Positions 1-8,853 of a DNA stretch of 32,000 bases are shown here, in pieces; position 1 is the first letter of the stretch; every line of letters starts with the position of its first letter. Position numbers and translations under genes: made by a program. The DNA is from Candidatus Fokinia solitaria (GTDB lineage Bacteria; Pseudomonadota; Alphaproteobacteria; Rickettsiales; Midichloriaceae): positions 690,001 through 722,000 of the forward strand of contig NZ_CP025989.1 in NCBI RefSeq assembly GCF_003072485.1. The letters run 5' to 3'. The notes beneath the pieces were generated by a model that was given only the letters and a program-made list of their open reading frames with translations, ran no database searches and was not told where the DNA came from.

Positions 1-12
1 ATAGGAAATAGC

Positions 13-1365
13 ATGCGTAGTCTCGGCAAAGCAGAAGTAGGATGCGTGAATGAAGTGGAAGAGTACTTTAAGAGAGTATGCGAGGAGGATGAGCTGCAGA
101 ATTTAGAGAATAAGAGGGAGAAAGGAGATGATAAAGTGGCAAAGGTAGTGCAAGAAGTGGCGAAGGAAGAAGAGAAGGTAGTGCAAGAAGTGGCGAAGGA
201 AGAAGAGAAGGTAGTGCAAGAAGTGGCGAAGGAAGAAGAGAAGGTAGTGCAAGAAGTGGTGAAGGAAGAAGAGAAGGTAGTGCAAGAAGGTAAGAAGGAA
301 GAAGAGAAGGTAGTACAAGTAGGTAAGGAGAGAATAGTAGAGGAAGAGAAGAGGAGAGAAAGATGGGAAGGATTAAGTGAGGAGCAGAAGAAGAAAATGG
401 AGAAGCTGCAGATCTCAGAAGAAAGCAAGAAAAAAACTATTATTAGAAGGCAGGAGGAGATCAAAGCATATCCAGAGGTAAAAGATTACGACGATAAGAT
501 GATGTTCATTCGAAAAAAGCTAAGCGAGAAATCGCTTCAATATGAATTACTAGTGAATCAGATAAAACAGAAGAAATTACTAGGAGAGTTAGATTCTATT
601 CTGGAAATGGAAAAACAAAAGAATGAGAGAGAGTATGAGCAATGGGTAATAAGAGAAGAGAGAAACCGTGATCAGCTGAAACATGTACAAGAGCAGGAAT
701 TGCCAAAGTTTATAATCACTGAAAACGATAGAAGAGCAATTGTGTGGAAAGAAGCATCGGAAAAGCTTCTTCAAGCAAGTGTAATAGCAGCTCAAGCGTG
801 GCAAATGGAATTAAAAGGAGATGTAGGAGGAGCTGCTGCACTTCGAAAACAGTATCATTCTCCTCTCATGGAGGATGCTTATAAGATCAGCATGAAATTA
901 CACGATCTATACAGTATTGCACCGTTTGCTCCTGCTAGATTAGAAGATAAAGATGTTGTGATGAAAGGAGGTACGAGAACAGATTACAGGACTTATACCT
1001 CTCCTAATAATCCAAATGTGTTATTCACTCACAGTTCAAAGAAGTTTTATAATGCATTTAAGGACGTTATACATAAGATACACTTCTGTAAACCTATGAA
1101 AGTAGGAGACTTCAATCCTTCTATATTCGAAGGTGATAGAAAAAAGGAAATAATGGTCGCTCCTATGTGTACTTCTCCTCATTGTTGTCCAGGAACATCA
1201 GAGTTAACTCCTAGAGAGTTTTTTGTCACAGATGATCATTACAACAATGCCGATGTATTTACCCTCTCTACCAATGATATGTTATACACTACATACGACG
1301 GTGTAGTTCATCACAATGGCGGCATCGATTCCTCCATACTTCATACAGATAGCGTTATATCTTAG
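13..1365 (+). CDS. Glu/Lys-rich tandem-repeat protein (hypothetical; TRP-like secreted-effector candidate), possibly 5'-truncated by the window edge
   Basis: 450-aa ORF. The frame stays open back to nt 1, so the true start may lie upstream. aa 45-99 are 5 tandem copies of the 11-aa unit VVQEVAKEEEK. About 200 aa of E/K/R/Q-rich, coiled-coil-like sequence follows, then a roughly 190-aa non-repetitive C-terminal domain with a Cys/His cluster (HFCKP...CTSPHCCPG...VHH). No catalytic motif recognised. Confidence 0.7.
   Translation: MRSLGKAEVGCVNEVEEYFKRVCEEDELQNLENKREKGDDKVAKVVQEVAKEEEKVVQEVAKEEEKVVQEVAKEEEKVVQEVVKEEEKVVQEGKKEEEKVVQVGKERIVEEEKRRERWEGLSEEQKKKMEKLQISEESKKKTIIRRQEEIKAYPEVKDYDDKMMFIRKKLSEKSLQYELLVNQIKQKKLLGELDSILEMEKQKNEREYEQWVIREERNRDQLKHVQEQELPKFIITENDRRAIVWKEASEKLLQASVIAAQAWQMELKGDVGGAAALRKQYHSPLMEDAYKISMKLHDLYSIAPFAPARLEDKDVVMKGGTRTDYRTYTSPNNPNVLFTHSSKKFYNAFKDVIHKIHFCKPMKVGDFNPSIFEGDRKKEIMVAPMCTSPHCCPGTSELTPREFFVTDDHYNNADVFTLSTNDMLYTTYDGVVHHNGGIDSSILHTDSVIS
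145..309 (+). repeat. Tandem repeat, 33-bp unit x 5 (in-frame, inside the CDS 13..1365)
   Basis: The unit gtagtgcaagaagtggcgaaggaagaagagaag occupies 145-177, 178-210 and 211-243 as three identical copies. The copy at 244-276 has 1 substitution and the copy at 277-309 has a few. Degenerate copies flank the array to about nt 350. Confidence 0.95.
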
Positions 1366-1697
1366 TTCGTCCTCGCTTCCAAGTACAGCAGCACGTATTT
1401 GGAAGCTTTCCATCTTACTTCTTCTTAGCTCCTGTTTTCCCTCTCATACTCCATTTATAGAACAATGTTCTTTTCTCTTCTACCTCTTATACTCTTCTTA
1501 CTATTATTTCTCTCTTCTGGCTTATACTTCTCTATAAATGCCGTTCAGAATCCTTTCTACCAACTCTCTCCTTTACTCATAATCCTTCCTTGCATCGCTT
1601 TAAGCTGGATTCTCCATAATGGTACTTCGAAAACTAAACAATCCTCTTTCTTAAATGGCATCGCTAATCATGACATCCTCACGACGTGTATACCAGC

Positions 1698-3563
1698 TTA
1701 AGACTCGTCATTATTTCTAATTTTCTCACCTTTTACTATCATCTTCACTTCTTCTACAGTAAGAGTTTCGTACTTCAGTAGTGCATTTGCTATCAATTCA
1801 AGTTCATCTTTATGTTCTCTAAGAATTCTTTGTGCCACCATTCTCGCACCTTCTATAATAGCTTTTACCTCTTCATCTGCAATTTTTGATATCTCTTCCG
1901 AACAATTACGATAGTATGATTCTTGTTCCTGTACTTTTACATGCCCTATTCTTTCACTCATACCAAAATCTATTACCATTCTTTTAGCAATCTTCGTTAC
2001 CATAACAATATCTCCACTTGCGCCTGTCGTAATCTGCTCTTCTCCAAAGATCAATCTCTCAGCTTCTCTACCGCCCATACCAACTGCTATATCAGCGAGC
2101 ATCTTTTCCTTCGTCTCTAAGTACTTATCATGCTCAGGTAATCTCGCAGTTGCGCCTAATGAATATCCGCGTGGCATTATAGTGACTTTATACAAAGCAT
2201 CAGATGCAGGAGAATGCAAAGCTACAACACTATGTCCAGCTTCATGATATGCTGTTACACGTCTTTCATGCTCAGTCATTCCTATAGATTTTCTTTCTGG
2301 CCCCATCATCACTTTGTCACGTGCGTACTCTATACAATACATTTCCACTTTATTTTTACCGCACCTTACAGTGTAAAGTATCGCTTCATTGATCAAGTTG
2401 CTAAGGTCTGCGCCAGTAAATCCCGGAGTACTTCTCGCTATCGCCTTTATGTCTACATCGCCCGCAATAGGAACGTTTTGCATATGTATTTTCAATATCT
2501 GCTCTCTTCCTCTAATATCAGGCGCACTAACTACTACTTGTCTGTCAAATCTTCCTGGACGTAAAAGCGCTTGATCTAGCACATCAGGTCTGTTTGTTGC
2601 GGCTAAAACTATCACAGTTGGTGCTGAAGGCACATTACCGAAGCCATCCATTTCCACCAACAACTGATTAAGCGTCTGCTCTCTCTCATCATTTCCGCCA
2701 CCGTGTCCGCTACCTCTTTTTCTTCCTACTGCATCTATCTCGTCTATAAAGAGAAGGCAAGGTGCTTTTTCCTTAGCTTGTTTAAACATGTCACGCACTC
2801 TACCCGCACCAATACCGACAAACATTTCCACGAAATCAGAGCCGGAGACATTGAAGAACGGTACCGAAGCCTCACCTGCAATAGCTTTAGCTAGAAGTGT
2901 TTTTCCTGTACCTGGAGGCCCTACCAATAAACATCCTCTTGGTATTCTTGCACCTAATGCCTTAAATTTTTCAGCGTTCTTCAGAAATAGCACAATCTCT
3001 TCTAATTCTGCTTTCGCTTCGTCTACACCAGCAACATCTGCAAACGTGACTTTATGCCCGTCAGTAACAAGCTGCGCGCGAGATTTCGAGAAGCTCATAA
3101 CCTTCCCTCCTCCTTGCATCGTTCTCATATAATAGCTCCACATTCCAAGCAACAATAACCCTGGCACCCACGATAAAAGCACACCTAAAAATCCTCCTAA
3201 AGGAGTTTCTAGCGGAGTGAATAGCACCTTTACGCCTTTCTCGAGAAGAGTATTAACTAACGCCATACTTATATACAGCTCAGGCACTAAAGTACTGATC
3301 GTAGTACCAGAACTATCATTTGCTTCTACTATGCTTCCGCGAATCGTTACAGTTTTTAAGTGATTTTTATTCAGAAGCTCCATGAAATCCGAAAAACCTA
3401 CTTTTTTTACACTCACTACGCTATCAACAAAAATACCGTAGAGTGCTACTAACATACCTACGATGAGGCACCATGTTAAAAGACTTTTTCTCTTTTTAAG
3501 ATCGAACATTGTGTAAGTTACTATTATGTAGAAAAAATATAGTGCAAAATTCGTCATACGCAA
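1698..3563 (-). CDS. ftsH: ATP-dependent zinc metalloprotease FtsH
   Basis: Walker A GPPGTGKT, Walker [13 protein letters not shown] second region of homology ([20 protein letters not shown]), and the HEAGH zinc-protease motif. Two N-terminal TM segments. The start is more likely the internal Met (MFDLKKRK, nt 3509) than nt 3563. Confidence 0.95.
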   Translation of the reverse strand: MRMTNFALYFFYIIVTYTMFDLKKRKSLLTWCLIVGMLVALYGIFVDSVVSVKKVGFSDFMELLNKNHLKTVTIRGSIVEANDSSGTTISTLVPELYISMALVNTLLEKGVKVLFTPLETPLGGFLGVLLSWVPGLLLLGMWSYYMRTMQGGGKVMSFSKSRAQLVTDGHKVTFADVAGVDEAKAELEEIVLFLKNAEKFKALGARIPRGCLLVGPPGTGKTLLAKAIAGEASVPFFNVSGSDFVEMFVGIGAGRVRDMFKQAKEKAPCLLFIDEIDAVGRKRGSGHGGGNDEREQTLNQLLVEMDGFGNVPSAPTVIVLAATNRPDVLDQALLRPGRFDRQVVVSAPDIRGREQILKIHMQNVPIAGDVDIKAIARSTPGFTGADLSNLINEAILYTVRCGKNKVEMYCIEYARDKVMMGPERKSIGMTEHERRVTAYHEAGHSVVALHSPASDALYKVTIMPRGYSLGATARLPEHDKYLETKEKMLADIAVGMGGREAERLIFGEEQITTGASGDIVMVTKIAKRMVIDFGMSERIGHVKVQEQESYYRNCSEEISKIADEEVKAIIEGARMVAQRILREHKDELELIANALLKYETLTVEEVKMIVKGEKIRNNDES

Positions 3564-3632
3564 TACCGATTACGTTAGTACGATCACAGTATGTCTCATT
3601 ATTTGCTTAAAACAGCGAAATAAAAGATCTGA

Positions 3633-3662
3633 TTGGTGTTTTTTGTTTTCGTCTGCTATATA
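3633..3662 (+). promoter_or_regulatory. Candidate sigma70-type promoter for the HlyD-family gene
   Basis: TTGGTG (3633-3638), an 18-nt spacer, then TATATA (3657-3662), about 25 nt upstream of the ATG at 3688. Chance matches are common in AT-rich DNA. Confidence 0.25.
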
Positions 3663-3687
3663 CCGATCTTATGATTGATGTTATTTT

Positions 3688-4773
3688 ATGACATTTAACG
3701 GATTGCACTTTCTCCGCAATAAGTATTACGTAGTTGTGGTAGTACTTTCGATATTAGTTCTGTGGATGCTCTCTGGTGTATTCACCTCAAAGCATGGTGA
3801 AATGCCTCAACAAGATGAGCACAACTACTATAAGGTAGAAACATTCACTCCAGGCAAGCACGCTTCTACCTTGAAAGCATTTGGTATACTGGAAGCAAGC
3901 GATAAAATTCTACTCACTGCTGTAACTGGTGGAAAGGTACTAAAGGTGTTCGTACAGTCTGGCACTTATTTAAAGAAAGGAGGTAGCATACTAAAGGTAG
4001 AAGACGGAAGTGCTAAGGAAAGGCTAACTAAGGCAAATGCAGCATTAGCGAAAGCACAGCTTATATATGATTCGATATCCAATTTATACAATAAAGGCAG
4101 TGCATCGAAGTTTGAGATGACAGATGCAACTGAAAAATTAGAACTTGCTACAGCTGAGTTGAAAGATGCAGAAAAAGCACTAGACGATACAGTTGTAAAA
4201 GCGCCATTTGATGGCTTCGTAGATTTTATAAGCGTAGCAAAGGACGATATGATAGGATATGGTACAAATGGCAATAGAGTAGTTGGAGAATTCTATAAAA
4301 TAGGTGCGTTTAAAACAAAAGTATACCTTTCTCAAACAGAAGTAAGTCAAATTACTTATAATACTCCAGCAACTATATCCGTAGTAAACGGAAAAGGCGA
4401 AAGTGTCTCTTTAAACGGTATCATTACTTTTATCAGTAAAGTAGCGGCAAAAGACACAAAAGCATTTCTCGTTGAGATCGCTGTAAGTGATAGCAGAAAC
4501 AATTTGATGAATAATATTGACGCAACAGTCACTTTCAATCTTGTTTTTGATAATTGTATCTTAGTACCAAAATCAGCGCTTTCTATAGATGCTTCAGGTA
4601 ATTTTATTTTAAAATCAGTACAGAACAATAAAGTGCAGTCGCTTGTAGTGAAGGTAGTATTTGAGAAAGACGATTATATCGGAATACTATATGAAGATAC
4701 ATTGAATATAGTCACAGTAGGTGCGCAATACCTTACGGACGGCACTGTTATTGATGAGTCACAGAAGAAATAA
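3688..4773 (+). CDS. Efflux/secretion periplasmic adaptor (membrane-fusion protein, HlyD/AcrA family)
   Basis: N-terminal TM anchor (YYVVVVVLSILVLWMLSGVF). Lipoyl-like half motifs (G.V..V.V..G..L.KG) and the characteristic second half VKAPFDGFV. An alpha-hairpin segment rich in A/K/E/L lies between them, followed by a beta-barrel-like C-terminal part. No cognate pump gene is adjacent. Confidence 0.7.
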   Translation: MTFNGLHFLRNKYYVVVVVLSILVLWMLSGVFTSKHGEMPQQDEHNYYKVETFTPGKHASTLKAFGILEASDKILLTAVTGGKVLKVFVQSGTYLKKGGSILKVEDGSAKERLTKANAALAKAQLIYDSISNLYNKGSASKFEMTDATEKLELATAELKDAEKALDDTVVKAPFDGFVDFISVAKDDMIGYGTNGNRVVGEFYKIGAFKTKVYLSQTEVSQITYNTPATISVVNGKGESVSLNGIITFISKVAAKDTKAFLVEIAVSDSRNNLMNNIDATVTFNLVFDNCILVPKSALSIDASGNFILKSVQNNKVQSLVVKVVFEKDDYIGILYEDTLNIVTVGAQYLTDGTVIDESQKK

Positions 4774-4778
4774 ATATT

Positions 4779-5759
4779 TCAAAAATCTTTTAAATTATCC
4801 TTAGGTTTCGCGCATCGCATCCAATCGCTCCTTACTTTTACGTGTAGCTGTAACTCAACTCTTTTATCTAAAGTAGCTTCTATCTGTCTTGTAACTCTCT
4901 CCCTCAAAGACTTTATCATCTTGCCTCCTCTTCCTATAAGAATCATTTTATGAGACTCTCTCGTAGTGATAATATTTTGAGATATTTGTATTCCACAATC
5001 TTCAAATTCTCTCCATACTACAGTTTCTACCATGCATGAATAAGGCACCTCTTGATGCACTAAAAAATATATCTGTTCTCTCGTAATTTCTTCCGCAAGA
5101 ACCTTCTCAGATACATTCGTATATGCTAATTCATCAAAGCAACGGTAAGTCGGAGTACTATAAGAAGCACAAATATCTAATACATCGTCATAACAACTTG
5201 ATGTTACTGAATTCATTATGCACTTCATATTATACTTCTCCGACAATTCTTCTAGACACTTAGCCACCATATCACGCATTTCATACGGTATCAGATCGTA
5301 CTTTGATAATAGTAGTAACTTTTGCTTTTTGGAAAAATCGGTAAATTTCTTTTTCGTAGAAACAATATGTGGAAGCTTTTCCATTAAGGAAACAATATCG
5401 ATTAACTCTTTTTCAAGAATAGAGTAAACTGCAGCTGTCTCATTACGTATACGTTCTGCTGAAATCATAATCATCATCACATTACACCAAGAAAGTGCTT
5501 GCACTGCTTGCGTAAGTAAATACTCGCGTAACTGATATTTAGATGCTTCAAAAACGCCAGGCATATCAGCAAATAGCATAGCAATATCTCTATGCTTTAC
5601 CATTCCTACTACATTATCTCTTGTAGTTTGTGGCTTATGCGTAGCTATAGCAAGTTTTTGTCCTATGATGGCATTTAAAAGTGTTGATTTACCTGCATTC
5701 GGTGCTCCGCATATACCAATTTTCACACTCATGCATGGCGTAGTAGTATCTCTTATCAT
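4779..5759 (-). CDS. era: GTPase Era
   Basis: G1 GAPNAGKST, G2 PQTTRD, G3 DMPG, a G4-like SKYD (canonical NKxD), and a C-terminal KH domain (LIGRGGKMIKSL). An alternative start at MSVKIG (nt 5732) is possible. Confidence 0.85.
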   Translation of the reverse strand: MIRDTTTPCMSVKIGICGAPNAGKSTLLNAIIGQKLAIATHKPQTTRDNVVGMVKHRDIAMLFADMPGVFEASKYQLREYLLTQAVQALSWCNVMMIMISAERIRNETAAVYSILEKELIDIVSLMEKLPHIVSTKKKFTDFSKKQKLLLLSKYDLIPYEMRDMVAKCLEELSEKYNMKCIMNSVTSSCYDDVLDICASYSTPTYRCFDELAYTNVSEKVLAEEITREQIYFLVHQEVPYSCMVETVVWREFEDCGIQISQNIITTRESHKMILIGRGGKMIKSLRERVTRQIEATLDKRVELQLHVKVRSDWMRCAKPKDNLKDF

Positions 5760-5927
5760 AATCGTAATAACACTTTCCGTATATCGTATTACATTTGATC
5801 AAGTTAGTAAAAGCCCCTTCATCATGAATCTGCAAGAAGTACATCGATCTTCTGAAAATTAATATAATCTTGAGATTTATAGAATATATATATATGATTA
5901 TCTTATGCTTCATGATGCTGCATTCGT

Positions 5928-8669
5928 TTGTCAAACTTCAAAAGTATCCGCTGCATCACTGGCATAATATTAGTTGTACTATCATTCTTACCAAGCACTA
6001 CCAGCGCTCGCCATCAAGGACAGTGCTACGCAGCAGATGATGTAAACGCAAGCAATACCGTTACAATATATTCTAATCCTCAAGAACTGATCTCTTCTGT
6101 GCCGCAAACACAGCAAGTCGCTCCATGGATAGACACAGGCTTGATATCAATAGGAGGCACAACTGCAGGCACATTTGCTATCACTGGCACTATACGTGGT
6201 TCATGGGGACCGCTTGGCAGTGCTGCTACTCCATGTAACTTGGTAGACTGTAATGTTAGCAATAGCACGGGATTTGGCAGCAATGAAGTAACAACAATAT
6301 GTCTTGTACAGGGCACACCTGGCATACAGCATACGGGGCAAAACGTGGTATTTACAAGTACCACTTATCCATGCATTTTATCAAATGGTATAGGACTATA
6401 TATGCTTATAACGGATGATTCAAACGGTTCATTCTCAGCAAATTACTCAGCGCAGCAAGCTATTAATTCAAATGATAACGTAGCACAACTTACGTCAAAT
6501 GCACTTGATCCAAATGCAGACATCTTATCTGCTTCTGCACCAATGAATGGAGAATATCTTGTGCCAACATGGCATATGAACGACTACGTTACTTCTTCTA
6601 CAAACGAAGTATCGCAATTTGCAATCAAAAGTGCAGTAAAGTGTCCAATGCTTCCAAGTACACTACAATGTGAAGAAATAAGCGTACCTGCAGGAAGAAT
6701 ATATTTGAAGATTGTAGACAGTTATTACGGCGATAACTACGGCTCTTACACAGTTACTTTTGATACTGGAGTATTTCAAGTAGGATTCTTATTTCGTGCA
6801 GTCCAAGCATTTGACACCATTCTTAGCAATAGCAGTAAGATAATCGCTACATATGTGATGCAGGCGCTACAGCCTATCTTCATAATTATACTTACTTTTT
6901 ACATCATGTGGTATGGCATCGCATTCGCAGTTGGCGCACTAGAAGTAAAAACTCACGATATGGTAATGAGAATGATCAAATTATGCACCATGAGTTTATT
7001 ATTTACTCCTTATGGTCTTTTCATTGTGGAAGCATATTTGATAGATCCGTTTTGGATGTTAGGAAGCGCAATGTCTGATATCATCTTAATGTCGGTACTA
7101 TTCAACGCCACTACTGGAGAAATTCCTACTCTTTCAACAGCAGCAGAAACTGTAATGAGTAAATTATGGTATATAGCAGTGTATGATGCAGTTCTTAATA
7201 TTTTATATTCTACGCCAATCAATGCTAAAATTTGGGGCATTTTATTCAGTTTGAAGTTTTACTACATACTGCTGTTATATGCTTTAACAATGGTATTGAC
7301 GCTTTCTATATTTAAGGCGGTCATATACTCTTTGGAGGCAATGATAAGATTCTATCTCGTAAAAATGGTATTTCCTCTATTCATGCTACTCAGTGTGATT
7401 CCTACATTAGAGGATTTTTTAACAACGCTTTTCAAACAGCTCACAGTGGTAGCAATCACACTAATACTAGTAGCGCTATGCTCTGCCTTGATGATAACAA
7501 TGCTCGATACATCGTTCCAATCTCTCTATAATTATACAGTTTGCTGGCGTTCTATCATCGATATTCCAGTATTAGCGCTAGTCAGATTCTTTATGCCTAC
7601 TCCTTATGCAGAAGCAAAGGAAGCGCTAAAATTTGACGTATATATGTACACTATCGTAACAGCTGCTCTATTTTATGAATTATTCAATAAATTAGGTGGA
7701 ATAATAGATAGTCTATCCAGTGTTACAACTGATATAGAAAAGATGATGAGTGGACGCACGGAAAAACTTTTTGAGAGTAAGATTAAAAGTAAGGTGAGGA
7801 GCGGTACATACAAAATACTCGCATATGCTGGAGATAAAACAATTGCAACTCCTTTATCGATACTCTTCTCTCCTCTAAAAGCACTTATTACGAAATTAAG
7901 AGGAAAAGGCGATCAATCAAAAATTTCACGAGATGGACTTTCAGGCGATTCCGCAGAAGCAGATACTCAAAAAGAGCACGAAGCACAACAATCTCGTGCG
8001 CAAAAAAAGAAACGTTCAGACTCATCGTCTGCTTCGCATCAGCATCAGCATCCGCATCACGGGCAAGAATCGCACTTACCGCCAGGAGATAATAGAGCAC
8101 TCTCAGAAGATGATCACGAATCTCAGTCGCATCATGCGCAAGAATCGCACTTACTACCGGGAGATAATAGGGTACTCTCAGAAGATGATCGCGAATCTCA
8201 TTCATATTCTCATAATCTAGAAAATGCTGATAGCTCTCTCTTCGATGATGATATGGAGGCGCATACTTCGAAACGTAGAAATACAAGACTTGGCAATCTT
8301 CAGCACGATAATGAAAATCTCAGTGTAGAGGAAAAACTTAATAAGCTGCGAGAGCAATTCGAAAATACCAAAAATAGAAAACAATCACATGTGAACAGAG
8401 ATGGAGAAGGTAGCAGTAGCGAAGAAAGTGGAGAATTTGCGGATAGAGAACATAATGTATTTCACGAAAATGCAGATTCTGCAGAAGATATGGTAATTCA
8501 TAGAGATAGCGGAAGTATGCAAAGTAAAAGTAATAGAAAATCCTCTCTAAGCAAGAGTTCTCCGGGCAAAAGTGATGATAGTTCTTCAAAAGGAAAAAAT
8601 AACAAGATAGCAAGAGCAAGGACAGTTACCGATGAATATGCTAATAATCATAAAAAGAAAAATTCATGA
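5928..8669 (+). CDS. VirB6/TrbL-like polytopic inner-membrane protein of a type IV secretion system, with a long disordered C-terminal extension
   Basis: 913 aa with a TTG start. Cleavable-looking signal peptide (IILVVLSFLPSTTSA). About 290 aa of hydrophilic N-domain, then about 8 hydrophobic helices (aa ~315-625), then about 290 aa of S/E/D/H/K-rich low-complexity tail. This matches the extended VirB6 paralogs of Rickettsiales. The call rests on architecture, not on an alignment. Confidence 0.5.
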   Translation: MSNFKSIRCITGIILVVLSFLPSTTSARHQGQCYAADDVNASNTVTIYSNPQELISSVPQTQQVAPWIDTGLISIGGTTAGTFAITGTIRGSWGPLGSAATPCNLVDCNVSNSTGFGSNEVTTICLVQGTPGIQHTGQNVVFTSTTYPCILSNGIGLYMLITDDSNGSFSANYSAQQAINSNDNVAQLTSNALDPNADILSASAPMNGEYLVPTWHMNDYVTSSTNEVSQFAIKSAVKCPMLPSTLQCEEISVPAGRIYLKIVDSYYGDNYGSYTVTFDTGVFQVGFLFRAVQAFDTILSNSSKIIATYVMQALQPIFIIILTFYIMWYGIAFAVGALEVKTHDMVMRMIKLCTMSLLFTPYGLFIVEAYLIDPFWMLGSAMSDIILMSVLFNATTGEIPTLSTAAETVMSKLWYIAVYDAVLNILYSTPINAKIWGILFSLKFYYILLLYALTMVLTLSIFKAVIYSLEAMIRFYLVKMVFPLFMLLSVIPTLEDFLTTLFKQLTVVAITLILVALCSALMITMLDTSFQSLYNYTVCWRSIIDIPVLALVRFFMPTPYAEAKEALKFDVYMYTIVTAALFYELFNKLGGIIDSLSSVTTDIEKMMSGRTEKLFESKIKSKVRSGTYKILAYAGDKTIATPLSILFSPLKALITKLRGKGDQSKISRDGLSGDSAEADTQKEHEAQQSRAQKKKRSDSSSASHQHQHPHHGQESHLPPGDNRALSEDDHESQSHHAQESHLLPGDNRVLSEDDRESHSYSHNLENADSSLFDDDMEAHTSKRRNTRLGNLQHDNENLSVEEKLNKLREQFENTKNRKQSHVNRDGEGSSSEESGEFADREHNVFHENADSAEDMVIHRDSGSMQSKSNRKSSLSKSSPGKSDDSSSKGKNNKIARARTVTDEYANNHKKKNS
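8058..8207 (+). repeat. 75-bp tandem duplication (25-aa unit x 2) in the VirB6-like C-terminal tail
   Basis: HGQESHLPPGDNRALSEDDHESQSH (8058-8132) is followed by HAQESHLLPGDNRVLSEDDRESHSY (8133-8207). I estimate about 85% nucleotide identity by eye. Confidence 0.9.
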
Positions 8670-8853
8670 TATTATAATATATATTACATCTATAATTAAA
8701 TACTATTTATTCTACTGCATCATACATAACATACTTCAAGACTTTTTATGCGTACTTCATAATCGAAAATACTTTTTAGTTAATTTATATATCGCTATTG
8801 CGCAATCTTTTATAGAATGGTTACACTTACCATGTAGTGTGGTACTCGTACTT

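Noticed and set aside
103-318. 71-aa minus-strand ORF (…LLFFLRHFLHYLLFF…) overlapping the tandem repeats
   Set aside because: It is the mirror image of the 33-bp repeat array. Its periodic F/L/H composition comes from reading the reverse complement of GAA/AAG-rich repeats. It has no independent coding signal.
1375-1406. Hairpin gcttccaa-N16-ttggaagc followed by TTTCC, as a rho-independent terminator
   Set aside because: The stem is only 8 bp, the loop is 16 nt and the T-tract is very short, so it is too weak to call a terminator.
1316-1701. Two overlapping plus-strand ORFs (73 and 78 aa), S/L/F/P-rich
   Set aside because: They are products of translating a polypyrimidine tract. They are low-complexity, show no start context or motif, and the first one overlaps the end of the upstream CDS. 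They are treated as non-coding (see the finding on 1366-1697).
5884-5895. (AT)6 microsatellite in the era / virB6-like divergent intergenic region
   Set aside because: It is too short to distinguish from background in AT-rich DNA. I could not pair it with convincing -35/-10 elements, so I make no phase-variation claim.
8632-8853. N-terminal 74-codon extension of the DksA ORF (MNMLIIIKRKIHDIIIYITSIIKYY…)
   Set aside because: It is translation of AT-rich intergenic DNA (I/Y/K/N-rich). It overlaps the VirB6-like stop and has no similarity to DksA. Homology begins after the ATG at 8854.
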